Positions 53,962 to 64,000 of a DNA stretch of 64,000 nt are shown here, in pieces. The stretch covers positions 1 to 64,000 of the IMG/VR virus record IMGVR_UViG_2718218131_000011; one strand, 5' to 3'. Every line of letters starts with the position of its first letter. Position 1 is the stretch's first letter. Below the pieces are notes generated by a model. That model worked only from the letters and a program-made list of their open reading frames with translations, searched no databases and had not been told where the DNA came from. Made by a program: the position numbers and the translations under genes. This DNA is from a virus. Lineage: Duplodnaviria; Heunggongvirae; Uroviricota; Caudoviricetes.

Positions 53962-55689
53962 TTACTCAGAGTCACCGGCATCAATCGTGTCGCCGCTTAT
54001 GAAGTTAAGCCCGCCTTTTTTGGCCATTGTCAGCGTTACACGAGTGAAGTAATCAGCGCCGTTGCGTGGGTGCATATCGTTGATAGCCGAACCCCACAGC
54101 GTGGTACGGTTGACCAGCGCCGGAGTGGTCGGATGCTGGAACGGGATGGCCGGGACAGCATCACCAGTCACGAAGCCTGCTTTACCCGGATTTTCATCAC
54201 GGACGTAGCACAGCACATCCATCGAGCTGAACTGAATGTTCTCTGTCGTTAAGTTCTTACAAATACCAGCAGGTACTTCGTACACTTTCACGTTACCGAA
54301 CAGGGTACCGATGTAGTGAACATACGGAGTCTGGATATAGTCTTCGGCTGGCTGGAAGAAATCCTTCGGCAACTGTTTGAAGAAAGATGCTGCATCAGCA
54401 CCAGCAAACATCCCCATCGCACCAGAAGATTTAACGCGCTCAATAATGTCGCGATATACAGTCTGGAATTTGCCACGAATGATGGTTGCCCATACATCAA
54501 AGGACTGGTTAACCGGCAGAGCGATGTCAAAGGAGTCGGTCGCAAGAGTACGCCAGATCATAATGCGAAGACGCAGCATATCCTGTTCATGAGACAGGTA
54601 TTCCTTCAGGGTGCGGAACTGTAGGGAACCCAGGTCCAGACCAAACTCACGCTGTGCTTCATACGCCGCCTGTACAGTGTGCTCAGCCGCGATAACGAAC
54701 TGACTTGGGAACAGGGTGTATTTCTTCATTTCGTGGTTGATCAGCGGGATCAGCTCAGGAGCGGCTTCAATATTGATTTCCGTCTCAATTGCGATCTCAG
54801 TGCCTTTATCCGGCGCTTTGGAGAACGACAGGGCAATCTGACCAATGTTGTAGTTCAGAGAGCAGGTAACAGTGATTTGCTCACCAGCAGCATTAGTAAA
54901 CGAGTGAAGTAGGCTGCCGGAACCGTTATCAACAACAGACTTAATACGGTTAACGTAGATGTTAGTGCGACCTTTTCGGATTGGTACATTCTGGCCTTCG
55001 AAGTCTTCCATCTTGAAGGTTGCGGTTTTGCTAGTGCCATCGGAGCTTGCCACCAGCACATAGCGGCGACGTAACTGGCTGTACACACCGACGGATTGCA
55101 TGTCCAGAACATCACCAGCAGCATAAGAACCAAAAGAGGAACCTGCCACGTTAAAGACTTCATAGATGTCGGACTGGTCACGCGTAACCGGAATGAAGGT
55201 ACACGCATCAGCGGTAGCTGCCCCCAACTGAACAGGCAGGATCATCGCGAGGAATAAAGGCAGACGCATAACACCGTCAGAAACGCTCATCATCTCTGCT
55301 GCGACGGATTCCAGCATCGCTTTATTAGTGGCATCCATGCTATTGCGGGTGGACTCTATCAGGCAGTTTTCCAGCGTCTGGTGGCAGGAGGCCAGAATTT
55401 CCGGACGCGGCATAGATTTATGTGCTGCGGCGTAGTCAGCCAGTGCACTTGCCCACGCTGTAGCGATTTGAGCGGTGGCATTATCAGAGATACCCGCAAA
55501 AACCGGGTCTTTACGTGCAGCTTCAAGGATAGATGCGGCACGCGCGGCATCATCTTTAATGAATTGGTTATCAGTACCGAACTGCGCAGTGCTTGCCCAG
55601 CCAAGCACAGCTTTAGAGCGTTTTGCGATATCTGCAATACGATTCTGGTATTCGCGTAAGTTACTCAATTTACTCTTCCTTAAACACAA
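53962..55689 (-). CDS. Major capsid protein (P1 gp23-like)
   Basis: 575-aa ORF adjacent to parS, as gene 23 is in P1. Confidence 0.55.
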   Translation of the reverse strand: MCLRKSKLSNLREYQNRIADIAKRSKAVLGWASTAQFGTDNQFIKDDAARAASILEAARKDPVFAGISDNATAQIATAWASALADYAAAHKSMPRPEILASCHQTLENCLIESTRNSMDATNKAMLESVAAEMMSVSDGVMRLPLFLAMILPVQLGAATADACTFIPVTRDQSDIYEVFNVAGSSFGSYAAGDVLDMQSVGVYSQLRRRYVLVASSDGTSKTATFKMEDFEGQNVPIRKGRTNIYVNRIKSVVDNGSGSLLHSFTNAAGEQITVTCSLNYNIGQIALSFSKAPDKGTEIAIETEINIEAAPELIPLINHEMKKYTLFPSQFVIAAEHTVQAAYEAQREFGLDLGSLQFRTLKEYLSHEQDMLRLRIMIWRTLATDSFDIALPVNQSFDVWATIIRGKFQTVYRDIIERVKSSGAMGMFAGADAASFFKQLPKDFFQPAEDYIQTPYVHYIGTLFGNVKVYEVPAGICKNLTTENIQFSSMDVLCYVRDENPGKAGFVTGDAVPAIPFQHPTTPALVNRTTLWGSAINDMHPRNGADYFTRVTLTMAKKGGLNFISGDTIDAGDSE

Positions 55690-55805
55690 GGCACTTGTGT
55701 GAATCCCTTTTCGGAAGAGATTTTATTGAAAGTCACTTGTTGACTTTCTCGTGACAAGCAATTTTTTTATTTTTTTCGGGAGGAGGGGAGGAAGGTAAAA
55801 TCCAA

Positions 55806-55888
55806 GGTGAAATCGTGGCGATTTCACCTTGAAATTTTAGAGTAATTTACTTTAAAAACAGTCAGTTAATAGTGAAATTTGAATGGCG
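55806..55888. other. parS partition site
   Basis: GTGAAATCGTGGCGATTTCACC...TAATAGTGAAATTTGAATGGCGA with ATTTCAC heptamers flanking an AT-rich central segment; matches P1 parS as recalled; directly downstream of parB. Confidence 0.85.
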
Positions 55889-55893
55889 AAAGT

Positions 55894-56895
55894 TTAAGGC
55901 TTCGGCTTTTTATCGAGGCTCTTTCTAAGGATATGCCCAATCATCCTGTCGAGTTCTTCCTGTAACTCTTTTGAGAGTCGATTAAACTCATAAGAAAATG
56001 CACGGCCTTTCACGCGCTTCCTTGCAAAGCGATCCTTGTCCTCAAATTTCCATAATTCAGTAACTACGGACTTATCTTTAGAACCTTTATCCGTGAGTAG
56101 TGAGGCTTCCTTTGTTATCAAGCGCAGGATTTTATTTTTAACTTCATCTTCGGCCATTTCTTCAATGGATAAGATGTCGTTTATTTCCGGGGATATGTTT
56201 TGAATAAGCTGATCAAACTCTAAATTCTTGTTCCCCATTTCGTCGCCAACAGCACAAAGCGTTTTGTAGTCCGAAAAGGTTAATTCCGACTGCACAGGGA
56301 AAAGGGCGACTAATTCTTCCGGAGCACTCGCTGCCTGGAGAGCACGCGTGACCTTCGCCTGAGACAGCCCTTCTTTGGCTGCAATATCCTTCTGACTCAT
56401 CCCATCATTTTTCATTCGCATCAAACGCAGACCTATTTCTCGAATGCTGTGCTGCAATGCTGTCTGAACGTCTTTCGCTAAATTTTGCGCTTCCTGAACG
56501 CTGATCTCCTGGTCCGTGACTAAAACCCGCAACCCTACGTTCTCTAAGATGGCAGAAGCTCGACGCCGGGAACCATCCAAAATTTCAATTTTCCCTGTAG
56601 CCCGTCTAACACCTATTGCAGGGTAAAATTGCTGATGCTTAATAGTGCTTCGGATACTTTTTAATGATTTTGGCGTAAGAGATGCCTGGTCACGCCCGTT
56701 GTTATGCTGATCAACAAAGGTATCGCTTTCTACCTGGTTCGGAGGTATTACCTCTTCAATAAATGTGGCCTGGCGACCAGTTGATAACTTGAATACCTGC
56801 TCGACTCGATCGCCAGAGGCTGAAGAACTATCAAATCCGCTTAATATTGAAGGATTAAGGGTTCGCCCAATTGTTGGTCTGTTTTTCTTTGACAT
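55894..56895 (-). CDS. parB: Partition protein ParB
   Basis: 333 aa, the size I recall for P1 ParB; ParB-type HTH region. Confidence 0.9.
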   Translation of the reverse strand: MSKKNRPTIGRTLNPSILSGFDSSSASGDRVEQVFKLSTGRQATFIEEVIPPNQVESDTFVDQHNNGRDQASLTPKSLKSIRSTIKHQQFYPAIGVRRATGKIEILDGSRRRASAILENVGLRVLVTDQEISVQEAQNLAKDVQTALQHSIREIGLRLMRMKNDGMSQKDIAAKEGLSQAKVTRALQAASAPEELVALFPVQSELTFSDYKTLCAVGDEMGNKNLEFDQLIQNISPEINDILSIEEMAEDEVKNKILRLITKEASLLTDKGSKDKSVVTELWKFEDKDRFARKRVKGRAFSYEFNRLSKELQEELDRMIGHILRKSLDKKPKP

Positions 56896-56911
56896 GGGGG
56901 TTTCTTACTCC

Positions 56912-58108
56912 TCAGTTAGATCTGATAAATTCAATACGGTCAAAAACTGCTTTAGCAAAATCTTCCGCGGCAATTCGCGCGTTCTTCAATGCATCAGCAC
57001 TACCAACATACGTTGCCGGGTTAGCTGAAATAACAGTGTCAAAAGACTCGCCGCAACGTTCAAAACCGTCAAGGCGAGGGAGGACGACATCGAGCATATC
57101 CCCACCGAACACTTCTTTAGCCAGGCTATGGCAATACTTATGATCTGCCTTGTTACTCAACTTGGACATAAAACCAATGTTAGTCGCAAGCTGGCACTCG
57201 CAGCCTTCATCCGAAATGAGTTTCACCAACTCAGGAAGGCGGGCAACGTATTTAAGCGATGAGTGGAAATCGACAGTTGCTGGCGGCAGAGGTGTAAACA
57301 GTATATTGGCCGAGGCCAAAGCATTTTTCAGGAAGGCGTCAAGGTGAGGACCACTATCAACGAGGATAAAATCATAATCGCTCTTCAGCTTATCAATCAC
57401 ATTTTCTTTCAGGACAGCATGGATGTTCTGACCCGGTAGATGCTCATTGCACAGCTCTCTCCAATCGGATGCAATAAAGGCATCGTCAATCGACGCAGGC
57501 ATAACGTCAACCCCAGGTACAACAGAAGGAACAATAAACTCCTCTAACAGCTCTTCACGGCTTACATTCTGCAACATAGCCTGTGCAGATGTTGCGTTTA
57601 CGATACCAATAGAGTGTTTATGGCTTAAAAACATCGTTGCTGAAGATTGCGGATCAAGGTCAATAACCAGAATCCTTAAATCTTCCATCAGAAGATGAGG
57701 GTGGGCACGCATTGCATGCGCCAGAGAAACCGTCGATACAGTTTTTGACACACCGCCTTTAAGATTGGAGATGAAAATCACATACGCTTCGCTGTAGCGA
57801 TCCCGGTATTTTGGCACTCCGCGATGTTCATATATGTCAATGATGTTCTGAATTGACATCGCATATTTCATTGAAGAGCCAGCAGGACGTTTATCGAAAA
57901 CATAACCCTTTTCTTCCATTTCACTTACGGCATAGTCAACGTTCGCTCGAGTCAGTAGAGGCAATTTTGCCAGTGCCGCTTTCGCATAGACCTGGTAAAA
58001 CTCGTTCGCGTGTAGCTCATCCTTTTGCAACTGTACTTGTTCAGTCAGAACATTGAGCATTCTGTTTGCTCTTTGAGCAACCTTGTGAAGCTGGCTGGAA
58101 TCACTCAT
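56912..58108 (-). CDS. parA: Partition ATPase ParA
   Basis: 398 aa with deviant Walker A KGGVSKTVST and an N-terminal extension typical of type Ia ParA. Confidence 0.9.
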   Translation of the reverse strand: MSDSSQLHKVAQRANRMLNVLTEQVQLQKDELHANEFYQVYAKAALAKLPLLTRANVDYAVSEMEEKGYVFDKRPAGSSMKYAMSIQNIIDIYEHRGVPKYRDRYSEAYVIFISNLKGGVSKTVSTVSLAHAMRAHPHLLMEDLRILVIDLDPQSSATMFLSHKHSIGIVNATSAQAMLQNVSREELLEEFIVPSVVPGVDVMPASIDDAFIASDWRELCNEHLPGQNIHAVLKENVIDKLKSDYDFILVDSGPHLDAFLKNALASANILFTPLPPATVDFHSSLKYVARLPELVKLISDEGCECQLATNIGFMSKLSNKADHKYCHSLAKEVFGGDMLDVVLPRLDGFERCGESFDTVISANPATYVGSADALKNARIAAEDFAKAVFDRIEFIRSN

Positions 58109-58381
58109 CGAAAGTCATCCTTTATGCTGTATTTTTGAATTTAATTAAAAATGCTGCATAAAATAATAATGTATGCGTAGATGCTTGTACATAGCATTCT
58201 CTGCATGTTTACTCCTTTGCCAAGTGTGTCACAACATGCTTTGGCATCCTCCTCGTATAAAGGACGCGGATTTCTTCTATGTTCAGGTTGTAGCCTAAAT
58301 CATTTTGGTGATTTCCTGCTTCAACGGGCTGCCAGGCTTCACTCTCTATCAACTGGTGTGAACGGCTTGCCCGGCAGCTTC

Positions 58382-58667
58382 GATGTGTGCTGGAGGGAGA
58401 ATAAAAGTCTAAGATGTGCGATAGAGGGAAGTCGCATTGAATTATGTGCTGTGGAGGGATCGCTGGTATCAAATATGTGTACTGGAGGGAAAGACAGAGA
58501 ATTACATGTGCACTGGAGGGAAAAACGGATGGACAGATGTGTGCTGGAGGGAAAGTCTGGGCAAACTGCGGGGCGTCCCCCTCCAGCGCACATCAAAAAC
58601 AGGAAATTGGACAAGCCTTCCCGTCAGCACACATTTTTTTAATGCAGCTTCCCTCCAGCACACACTT
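58382..58667. repeat. incA copy-control iterons (nine 19-bp repeats, six in one orientation and three in the other)
   Basis: Repeated GATGTGTGCTGGAGGGA and its reverse complement between repA and parA. Confidence 0.8.
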
Positions 58668-59526
58668 ATTCGGGAAGTTTCAGCTTTGGATTGCGAGAAT
58701 GGACGATTACAAAACTTTCCCGGCCTTTCTTCTCAATTGAACAGTCGAGATAACCGATTGTTTTAAGCTGTTCTATCGCTTTCTTAATGATACGGTTTTG
58801 CTCGCCAACAGCTGACTGCAAAGCCAGGCGCTCACGGATTCGCGCGAACGATAGCGGCAACGGGTTCTGCGGAAGGCTTTCGATGAAAGTGTAAATGGCT
58901 TGTGCAGCTTCTTTCTTCGGAAGGGCACGCAAGGCGTGGTGTTGCAACAGAACGCGATAATCAAGCTGGAACAGCTCCCACAGCTTCGAATCAGCCTCCA
59001 GCTCTATCAGATCAAGGTCAGCATCAAAACGCCCGACCTTAAGCAGACCAGTCTGATAGCCGCCTTTAGCATCTTTTCCGCGCTTAAAAGCGATACCCTT
59101 GTTACGCAAGCGTCCAAGTGATTCATGAATGGTTAAACGCAGTTTCGCATCCAGACGTTTTGAGGGGAAACCACAGGCTTTAGCGAATTCCTGAAACGAT
59201 AACTGGATGGTGTTTGAGGACAAGCCGTATTTGCTGAACGCGTAGATGACACCGATCCACGTTTTGAAATCAGTATCCATATCGAGTCGAGGACCGGTGA
59301 TTTTAATATCATCGTAACCCTCGGCTTTAGCTATCTCCAGCTGGGAAAACGCTTTGGTGGCATCAATCTCTTTACCTTCTCCTTTGCTCTTTGATGGCTT
59401 CGGCACGAATACCCCCAAGCGCATCAACGCTACAGGCTGCACAGTGTTGTTTGAATTAACTGTTAGTTCTTTTGCCTTACTTTCAATGTCTGCGTAAAGA
59501 ATATCGGAGATAAATGATTGATTCAT
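58666..59526 (-). CDS. repA: Plasmid replication initiator RepA
   Basis: 286 aa, the size I recall for P1 RepA; flanked by iteron arrays. Confidence 0.9.
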   Translation of the reverse strand: MNQSFISDILYADIESKAKELTVNSNNTVQPVALMRLGVFVPKPSKSKGEGKEIDATKAFSQLEIAKAEGYDDIKITGPRLDMDTDFKTWIGVIYAFSKYGLSSNTIQLSFQEFAKACGFPSKRLDAKLRLTIHESLGRLRNKGIAFKRGKDAKGGYQTGLLKVGRFDADLDLIELEADSKLWELFQLDYRVLLQHHALRALPKKEAAQAIYTFIESLPQNPLPLSFARIRERLALQSAVGEQNRIIKKAIEQLKTIGYLDCSIEKKGRESFVIVHSRNPKLKLPE

Positions 59527-59584
59527 ATTACTTTTTCCGAATTATGTGGATAGTTTTTATAAGCGGTGATAACTACCCAGGCTT

Positions 59585-59687
59585 TCCCGTCAGCACACAT
59601 CCTATATCCCGCCAGCACACATTAGCAACCCGTCAGCACACATTTTTTTCCCTCCAGCGCACATCATTTTCCCTCCAGCACACATCG
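59585..59687. repeat. incC origin iterons (five 19-bp repeats)
   Basis: Five copies of TCCC(T/G)(C/T)CAGCACACAT upstream of repA. Confidence 0.8.
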
Positions 59688-59725
59688 CGAAAGGCTTCTA
59701 AGCCAGACGGGGCGCGGCCTACGAC

Positions 59726-59806
59726 GATCAGGGATCTATATGGATCTAATTGGGATCTGTATGGACCTGATTATTGGATCTATCCAGTGGATAATGTGGA
59801 TAAGTG
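59726..59806. other. oriR core: five GATC sites and tandem DnaA boxes
   Basis: GATCAGGGATCTATATGGATCTAATTGGGATCTG...GGATC followed by TGGATAATGTGGATAAGTG (two TTATCCACA-like boxes). Confidence 0.6.
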
Positions 59807-59844
59807 AAAAACCGGCCAACAAAGCCGGTTGGAAGGAAACCGTA

Positions 59845-60237
59845 TTATTCTACGCTTTCGATAAGAAGACCATGTTCATAACATTTAAGCTCATCGCCTT
59901 CATACAGGAATTGGTATCCAACACCACCACCTTCCGGAACATTAGGGAATAAATCATCACTTACCGAAGAACAAATCACACCAATGCAGCGATCAACGCC
60001 TTCTCGTTCTTCAGTGCTGAAAAAATCCTCTTCAATAAGCACTTGATTACATTGCTCATCAGCATAAGTTGGAAATACATGCTCGATACAATCTGGATGT
60101 TTTAAACCAAGCTGATCGGCAAGTTCGAAAGCATGACGGTATTGTTCAGATCCTGGCTTGCCAACAGTGATTTGCTCAATTTTATAGATTGAAGTCGCTT
60201 TGTTGATAGTTTGCTTAACTGTTACTTTATCAGACAT
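59845..60237 (-). CDS. Hypothetical protein (UpfA-like position)
   Basis: 130-aa acidic ORF next to oriR. Confidence 0.4.
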   Translation of the reverse strand: MSDKVTVKQTINKATSIYKIEQITVGKPGSEQYRHAFELADQLGLKHPDCIEHVFPTYADEQCNQVLIEEDFFSTEEREGVDRCIGVICSSVSDDLFPNVPEGGGVGYQFLYEGDELKCYEHGLLIESVE

Positions 60238-60248
60238 AAAAATCCCTT

Positions 60249-60581
60249 TTAGTTACCGCTGATAGCGCGGTTGTAATCATTAACGTTGCGATTCTTCCTG
60301 TTAATCCCCATCAGCATCGTTTCTGTATCGAGGATATACGCTGGCAGATCATCAAAATATTCACTGCTAAACTCCGGCATCCTGCACATAAATGCACTTT
60401 TGGGGGCAGGGTGGTTAACCTTTGTCGGCGTCGGCGTTAAATTCGCTGATCGACTCCCGGAGCAACCGCTGAGTGTCAGCAGGAATGCGCTGGCGAACAT
60501 TACCCGCCGCAACCAGTTGTTTCTGAACTTCTGCTTTTCGTTCCATTTGCCTGTCAGCATACTTGGCTTGCTCTGATTCAT
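60249..60581 (-). CDS. Lipoprotein (P1 Mlp-like), candidate o-spanin
   Basis: Lipobox LLTLSGC; overlaps the next gene in another frame. Confidence 0.5.
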   Translation of the reverse strand: MNQSKPSMLTGKWNEKQKFRNNWLRRVMFASAFLLTLSGCSGSRSANLTPTPTKVNHPAPKSAFMCRMPEFSSEYFDDLPAYILDTETMLMGINRKNRNVNDYNRAISGN

Positions 60582-60864
60582 TTTTCACTTCCTGGCTGTG
60601 AAAATGTTGATCTGCTTTGTTCATCGTCTCAATGGTCTGGTTAAGATCCATTATTGACTTATCACGTTCCTTAACAGCCTGATCAAGACTGCCAATTTTC
60701 TCGATGGCTTGCTTTAGCTGATGACGTTCCCATGCAAACCCAGCACCAACAAGTGCGCAAATCAGAACAAGAACACCAGTAGCAGCAAGTTTCTCCTTCA
60801 AAGACAAAGCTGCTTTTAACGTAGAAAAGAATGACATGTCTTCCTCCTGAAGAAAAATTATCAA
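60415..60864 (-). CDS. Membrane-anchored coiled-coil protein (P1 PpfA-like), candidate i-spanin
   Basis: N-terminal TM segment GVLVLICALVGAGFAW then coiled coil; 3' end overlaps the lipoprotein gene. Confidence 0.45.
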   Translation of the reverse strand: MIIFLQEEDMSFFSTLKAALSLKEKLAATGVLVLICALVGAGFAWERHQLKQAIEKIGSLDQAVKERDKSIMDLNQTIETMNKADQHFHSQEVKNESEQAKYADRQMERKAEVQKQLVAAGNVRQRIPADTQRLLRESISEFNADADKG

Positions 60865-60876
60865 TGAAGTCCTTTG

Positions 60877-61722
60877 TTACTGTGCCGCTTTGTTTAATTC
60901 ATCAAGAACAGAATCAGGAACCAAAGCAGCAACTGCGCTGGCTGTGCTGGCCTTATTTGCTGATGCTTCCGCAAGCGCAGTACCGATAGCATGGTTATAA
61001 GCAGTTATGGCTACATTGGCGCTTTCATTCGCTCGTTCATACTGCTGTTGTAACGCAGTTGTGGGCGCTGTTGTCTGGTTGAAAACAACCCCAAACTGTT
61101 CAGTTGCTACTTTCAGAGATTCAATTTGCTCTTCTGTTAGTGCTGGTGGGGGAGTGGCAGTGCCGCCGCCTGAACCAGAGCCTGACGAGCTTCCTAAGCC
61201 AGTGTTAAGGGTCTGGTTAATCTCCCCCATAGCAGCGATTAAACTTGATGTATTAAGCGCGTTTACAGCGTCCTCAAGCGATTTAGTAATAGTCACATCA
61301 CCAATGGCAATAGAGATCGGCAGTTCTGATACTTCTCGCTCATTAGCACGGCAGTAAACATCCCAACCAATATCGAGTTGAAGCAGCATTGACAGATCTG
61401 CATAACCAGCCAACAGGTCCGCGTGCTTAGTTGCCAGTTCTCCAATGTTCGTTAAGCCGGTTGTGGTTGTTCTGATCGTTGAAACATAGCTGGTAATAGT
61501 GTCGGGATAGACAATTGTATCCAGAATTAATCCGGTCAATTCTTCTGCAAGCAGTTTTGCTGTGTTAGCACTGTTTCGTGCCGATGTTATGGCACCAGGT
61601 GTTTTCATCCCACCGGCGGCGGCCAATTTTTTATATGCGGATAACTGGTAGTCTTTTTCCAGCATGATATCTCCTAACTTACCTGAACCAGGCCGTCTCC
61701 GGACGCTACGGTAGATCCGCAT
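60877..61722 (-). CDS. Hypothetical protein
   Basis: 281-aa ORF with a Ser/Gly-rich linker. Confidence 0.4.
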   Translation of the reverse strand: MRIYRSVRRRPGSGKLGDIMLEKDYQLSAYKKLAAAGGMKTPGAITSARNSANTAKLLAEELTGLILDTIVYPDTITSYVSTIRTTTTGLTNIGELATKHADLLAGYADLSMLLQLDIGWDVYCRANEREVSELPISIAIGDVTITKSLEDAVNALNTSSLIAAMGEINQTLNTGLGSSSGSGSGGGTATPPPALTEEQIESLKVATEQFGVVFNQTTAPTTALQQQYERANESANVAITAYNHAIGTALAEASANKASTASAVAALVPDSVLDELNKAAQ

Positions 61723-61958
61723 GAAACAGGGTCACCAACGCATACGATCCCTTTACCATTGACGGTAAACCATGCCCTGGTTGATATAGCTTGCCCACCG
61801 TGCGTACTGTTTCCATCGGTATGCTGTGCATATTGCTTACCATCAACTAATACTTCGACTCCGTTGACTTTAAGTAGTGGTTCACTCTCTACAGGAGGCC
61901 TGGATGGGAATCCTCCGTGCCCCGAACAAATGCTGTCTTTTGTTGCAATACTTGCCAC
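61674..61958 (-). CDS. PAAR-like repeat protein
   Basis: 94 aa with CSGHGG, VNGVEVLVDG and GDPVSCGSTVASG elements resembling PAAR motifs. Confidence 0.45.
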   Translation of the reverse strand: MASIATKDSICSGHGGFPSRPPVESEPLLKVNGVEVLVDGKQYAQHTDGNSTHGGQAISTRAWFTVNGKGIVCVGDPVSCGSTVASGDGLVQVS

Positions 61959-62039
61959 GTCATCACCAATTATTTGCTCTGATTTTCGTTATTTTAACTC
62001 AGGTTATTTGTGGTCTACATGGAGTTCAACTATTGCAAA

Positions 62040-62056
62040 ATTGCTCTAATAAATAT
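62040..62056 (+). promoter_or_regulatory. C1 operator-like site upstream of uhr-rdgC
   Basis: ATTGCTCTAATAAATAT matches the consensus at 16 of 17 positions; coordinates within 1 bp. Confidence 0.5.
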
Positions 62057-62128
62057 TGTTTTTTTATGTCGTATTTTCGGTACCATTCAGCCATCGCCCT
62101 TCAATGGGCATTTGTTTGGAGTCGTCAG

Positions 62129-62413
62129 ATGCAGATGGAGCTAATAAGCCGCAAAGAGTTCGATAGCCGTGTAACCAGCGGTGAACTCGACAACTTGCAG
62201 GCTATCAAGGTGAAAGAAGGCTTTTGCCTCATTGGGAATCAGAGCGGAACAAATCGCGTTTTTATGCTTCGCCGTACGGATTTGAAGCCATTTGTCTGGA
62301 AGAACGAAATTGGTCCCAGCTCATACGCTCAAACGAGGGGGTGCCACAACCTGGCCTTTTTCTACAAAGACGAGCTTTCTGTGGTTGATATTCAAGGGTT
62401 ACAACATGTTTAA
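62129..62413 (+). CDS. Small protein upstream of rdgC (P1 Uhr-like)
   Basis: About 94-aa ORF from [11 protein letters not shown] between the operator and rdgC. Confidence 0.45.
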   Translation: MQMELISRKEFDSRVTSGELDNLQAIKVKEGFCLIGNQSGTNRVFMLRRTDLKPFVWKNEIGPSSYAQTRGCHNLAFFYKDELSVVDIQGLQHV

Positions 62414-63311
62414 GCACTGGAAAAACATTACTATTTATAAACTTTCTCGTGAGGCGGATCTGACCGACTTAGAAGATAAAAAGAAAATGATCCTTTTCAC
62501 GCCATGCGGTAGTCAGGATATGGCCAAGTTCGGTTTTGTATCTCCATTTGGTGATAATTCCGAAGTTATCGCTATGCATGGAAATGGTTTTATCCTTGTT
62601 GAAGCAAAGCGCGAAACAAAAATTCTTCCCCCGCCGGTTATCCAGCGAGCTATTCAAGAAAAAATTGAAAAACTTGAGCAAGAACAAGCGCGTAAACTGA
62701 AGAAAACAGAGAAGGACTCCCTGAAAGACGAAGTTCTGCATTCTCTTCTGCCACGGGCTTTTTCAAAGTTTTCTGTTATCCAGGCGATCTACGACGGTTC
62801 AACTAAACGTATCTATATCAATGCCAGCGCGCGGCAGGCAGAGGATATGCTCGCGCTTATGCGTAAGTCTCTGGGTTCTCTTCCTGTTGTTCCCCTGAGT
62901 GTTGAAAATCCCATTGAATTAACGCTGACCGACTGGGTACGTGATGGTAGTGCTCCACAGGGATTTCAAATGGGGGATGCGGCAGAACTTAAGGCAGTGC
63001 TTGAGGATGGCGGTATTGCCCGAGTGAAAAAGCAGGATTTGGGAAGCGATGAAATTTCCACACACCTGGAAGCTGGCAAGCTCGTCACTAAGTTGGCACT
63101 CGACTGGCAGAACCGCATTAAATTTACACTGGACCATAACTTCAGCCTTACCAGCGTCAAATTTGCGGATGAATTGCTTGAGCAGAACTCTGATATTGAT
63201 AGTGAAGATGTTGCGCAGCGACTGGACGCAGATTTCTTCCTGTTGACCAGTGAAATTTCGTGCCTGGTTGATGCTCTGGTAAATGCCCTTGGTGGAGAGG
63301 CTAAGCAGTGA
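62406..63311 (+). CDS. rdgC: Recombination-associated protein RdgC homologue (P1 hrdC)
   Basis: 301 aa from [16 protein letters not shown]; [13 protein letters not shown] and [21 protein letters not shown] segments match RdgC as recalled. Confidence 0.85.
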   Translation: MFKHWKNITIYKLSREADLTDLEDKKKMILFTPCGSQDMAKFGFVSPFGDNSEVIAMHGNGFILVEAKRETKILPPPVIQRAIQEKIEKLEQEQARKLKKTEKDSLKDEVLHSLLPRAFSKFSVIQAIYDGSTKRIYINASARQAEDMLALMRKSLGSLPVVPLSVENPIELTLTDWVRDGSAPQGFQMGDAAELKAVLEDGGIARVKKQDLGSDEISTHLEAGKLVTKLALDWQNRIKFTLDHNFSLTSVKFADELLEQNSDIDSEDVAQRLDADFFLLTSEISCLVDALVNALGGEAKQ

Positions 63312-64000
63312 AAGAGCTGTGCTATGGATCTGTTTGCAGTGGAATTGAAGCCGCGAGTATTGCCTGGGAACCGTTGGGTATGCGTCCGGCGTGGTTTGCT
63401 GAAATCGAGCCTTTTCCATCTGCCGTTCTTGCGCACCGCTGGCCCCATGTCGCCAACCTTGGCGACATGACAAAACTTGCCAAAAAAGTCCTGGCTGGGG
63501 AAATCGAATCCCCTGATGTGCTCGTCGGGGGTACGCCTTGTCAGGCATTCAGTATCGCGGGCTTACGTGGTGGGCTTGATGATGAACGCGGCGCGCTAAC
63601 TTTGAAGTATGTGGAGCTTGCAAATGCAATTGACGACAAACGGTCTGAGTCCTTCCTCAAACCGACAGTTATCGTCTGGGAAAATGTCCCAGGAGTCCTG
63701 TCATCGGCAGATAACGCCTTCGGATGTTTCCTTGCCGGATTGGCTGGAGAAGATGCGCCATTTGAACCAGGTGATCGACCTGAATCAGGAAAAAGTAACG
63801 CGTTCTGGCGGTGGGATGGCAAAACCGGTTGCCATGCTCCAAAGTGGCCGCAGTGTGGTTGTATTTATGGACCGCAGCGAAAGGTGGCCTGGAGAATCCT
63901 TGATGCCCAATACTTCGGAGTGGCACAACGACGCCGACGCGTGTTTGTTGTCGCAAGTGCTCGAACAGACCTCGATCCCGCAACGGTACTTTTTGAGTTC
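63308..64000 (+). CDS. DNA cytosine-5 methyltransferase, 3' end beyond the window
   Basis: [12 protein letters not shown] (PCQ motif IV) and VIVWENVPG (ENV motif VI); probable GTG start overlapping the rdgC stop. Confidence 0.8.
   Translation, partial: MKELCYGSVCSGIEAASIAWEPLGMRPAWFAEIEPFPSAVLAHRWPHVANLGDMTKLAKKVLAGEIESPDVLVGGTPCQAFSIAGLRGGLDDERGALTLKYVELANAIDDKRSESFLKPTVIVWENVPGVLSSADNAFGCFLAGLAGEDAPFEPGDRPESGKSNAFWRWDGKTGCHAPKWPQCGCIYGPQRKVAWRILDAQYFGVAQRRRRVFVVASARTDLDPATVLFEF

Noticed and set aside
58382-59687. Possible CRISPR array suggested by regularly spaced 19-bp repeats
   Set aside because: Repeats occur in both orientations with irregular spacing and flank repA; they are the incA and incC iterons, and no cas genes are present.

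Overview
This window reads as a segment of a P1-like temperate phage-plasmid (Enterobacterales type) with a Tn21-family transposon at its left edge. Positions 1-5255 are the transposon arm: a complete intI1, the integron IRi, tnpM, res, tnpR, tnpA and the 38-bp terminal repeat; the cassette array lies left of the window. The rest follows P1 gene order, which I assign from protein motifs visible in the sequence plus remembered P1 synteny, not from any search: ref, lxc/ulx/darB, portal/protease, lyz, ssb, the darA operon, tail fibre/baseplate/sit, the c4-icd-ant immunity region, kilA-repL, tail tube/sheath/capsid, parS-parB-parA-incA-repA-oriR, uhr-rdgC and a partial C5 methyltransferase. Several loci differ from canonical P1. 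The most interesting is at 7019-8716, where P1 carries the EcoP1I res/mod genes: here there is instead a compact, AT-rich, two-gene cassette (an unrecognised 346-aa protein translationally coupled to a 169-aa nucleoside 2-deoxyribosyltransferase/DNPH1-fold protein), which I propose as an undescribed defence or counter-defence module. Other departures are an OmpC/NmpC-type porin where P1 has IS1, a truncated group II intron plus a hexapeptide acetyltransferase where P1 has cin and the invertible C segment, a hok-type toxin after repL, and a lipoprotein/secreted coiled-coil pair at the sim position. All gene names taken from P1 are inference by size and position.
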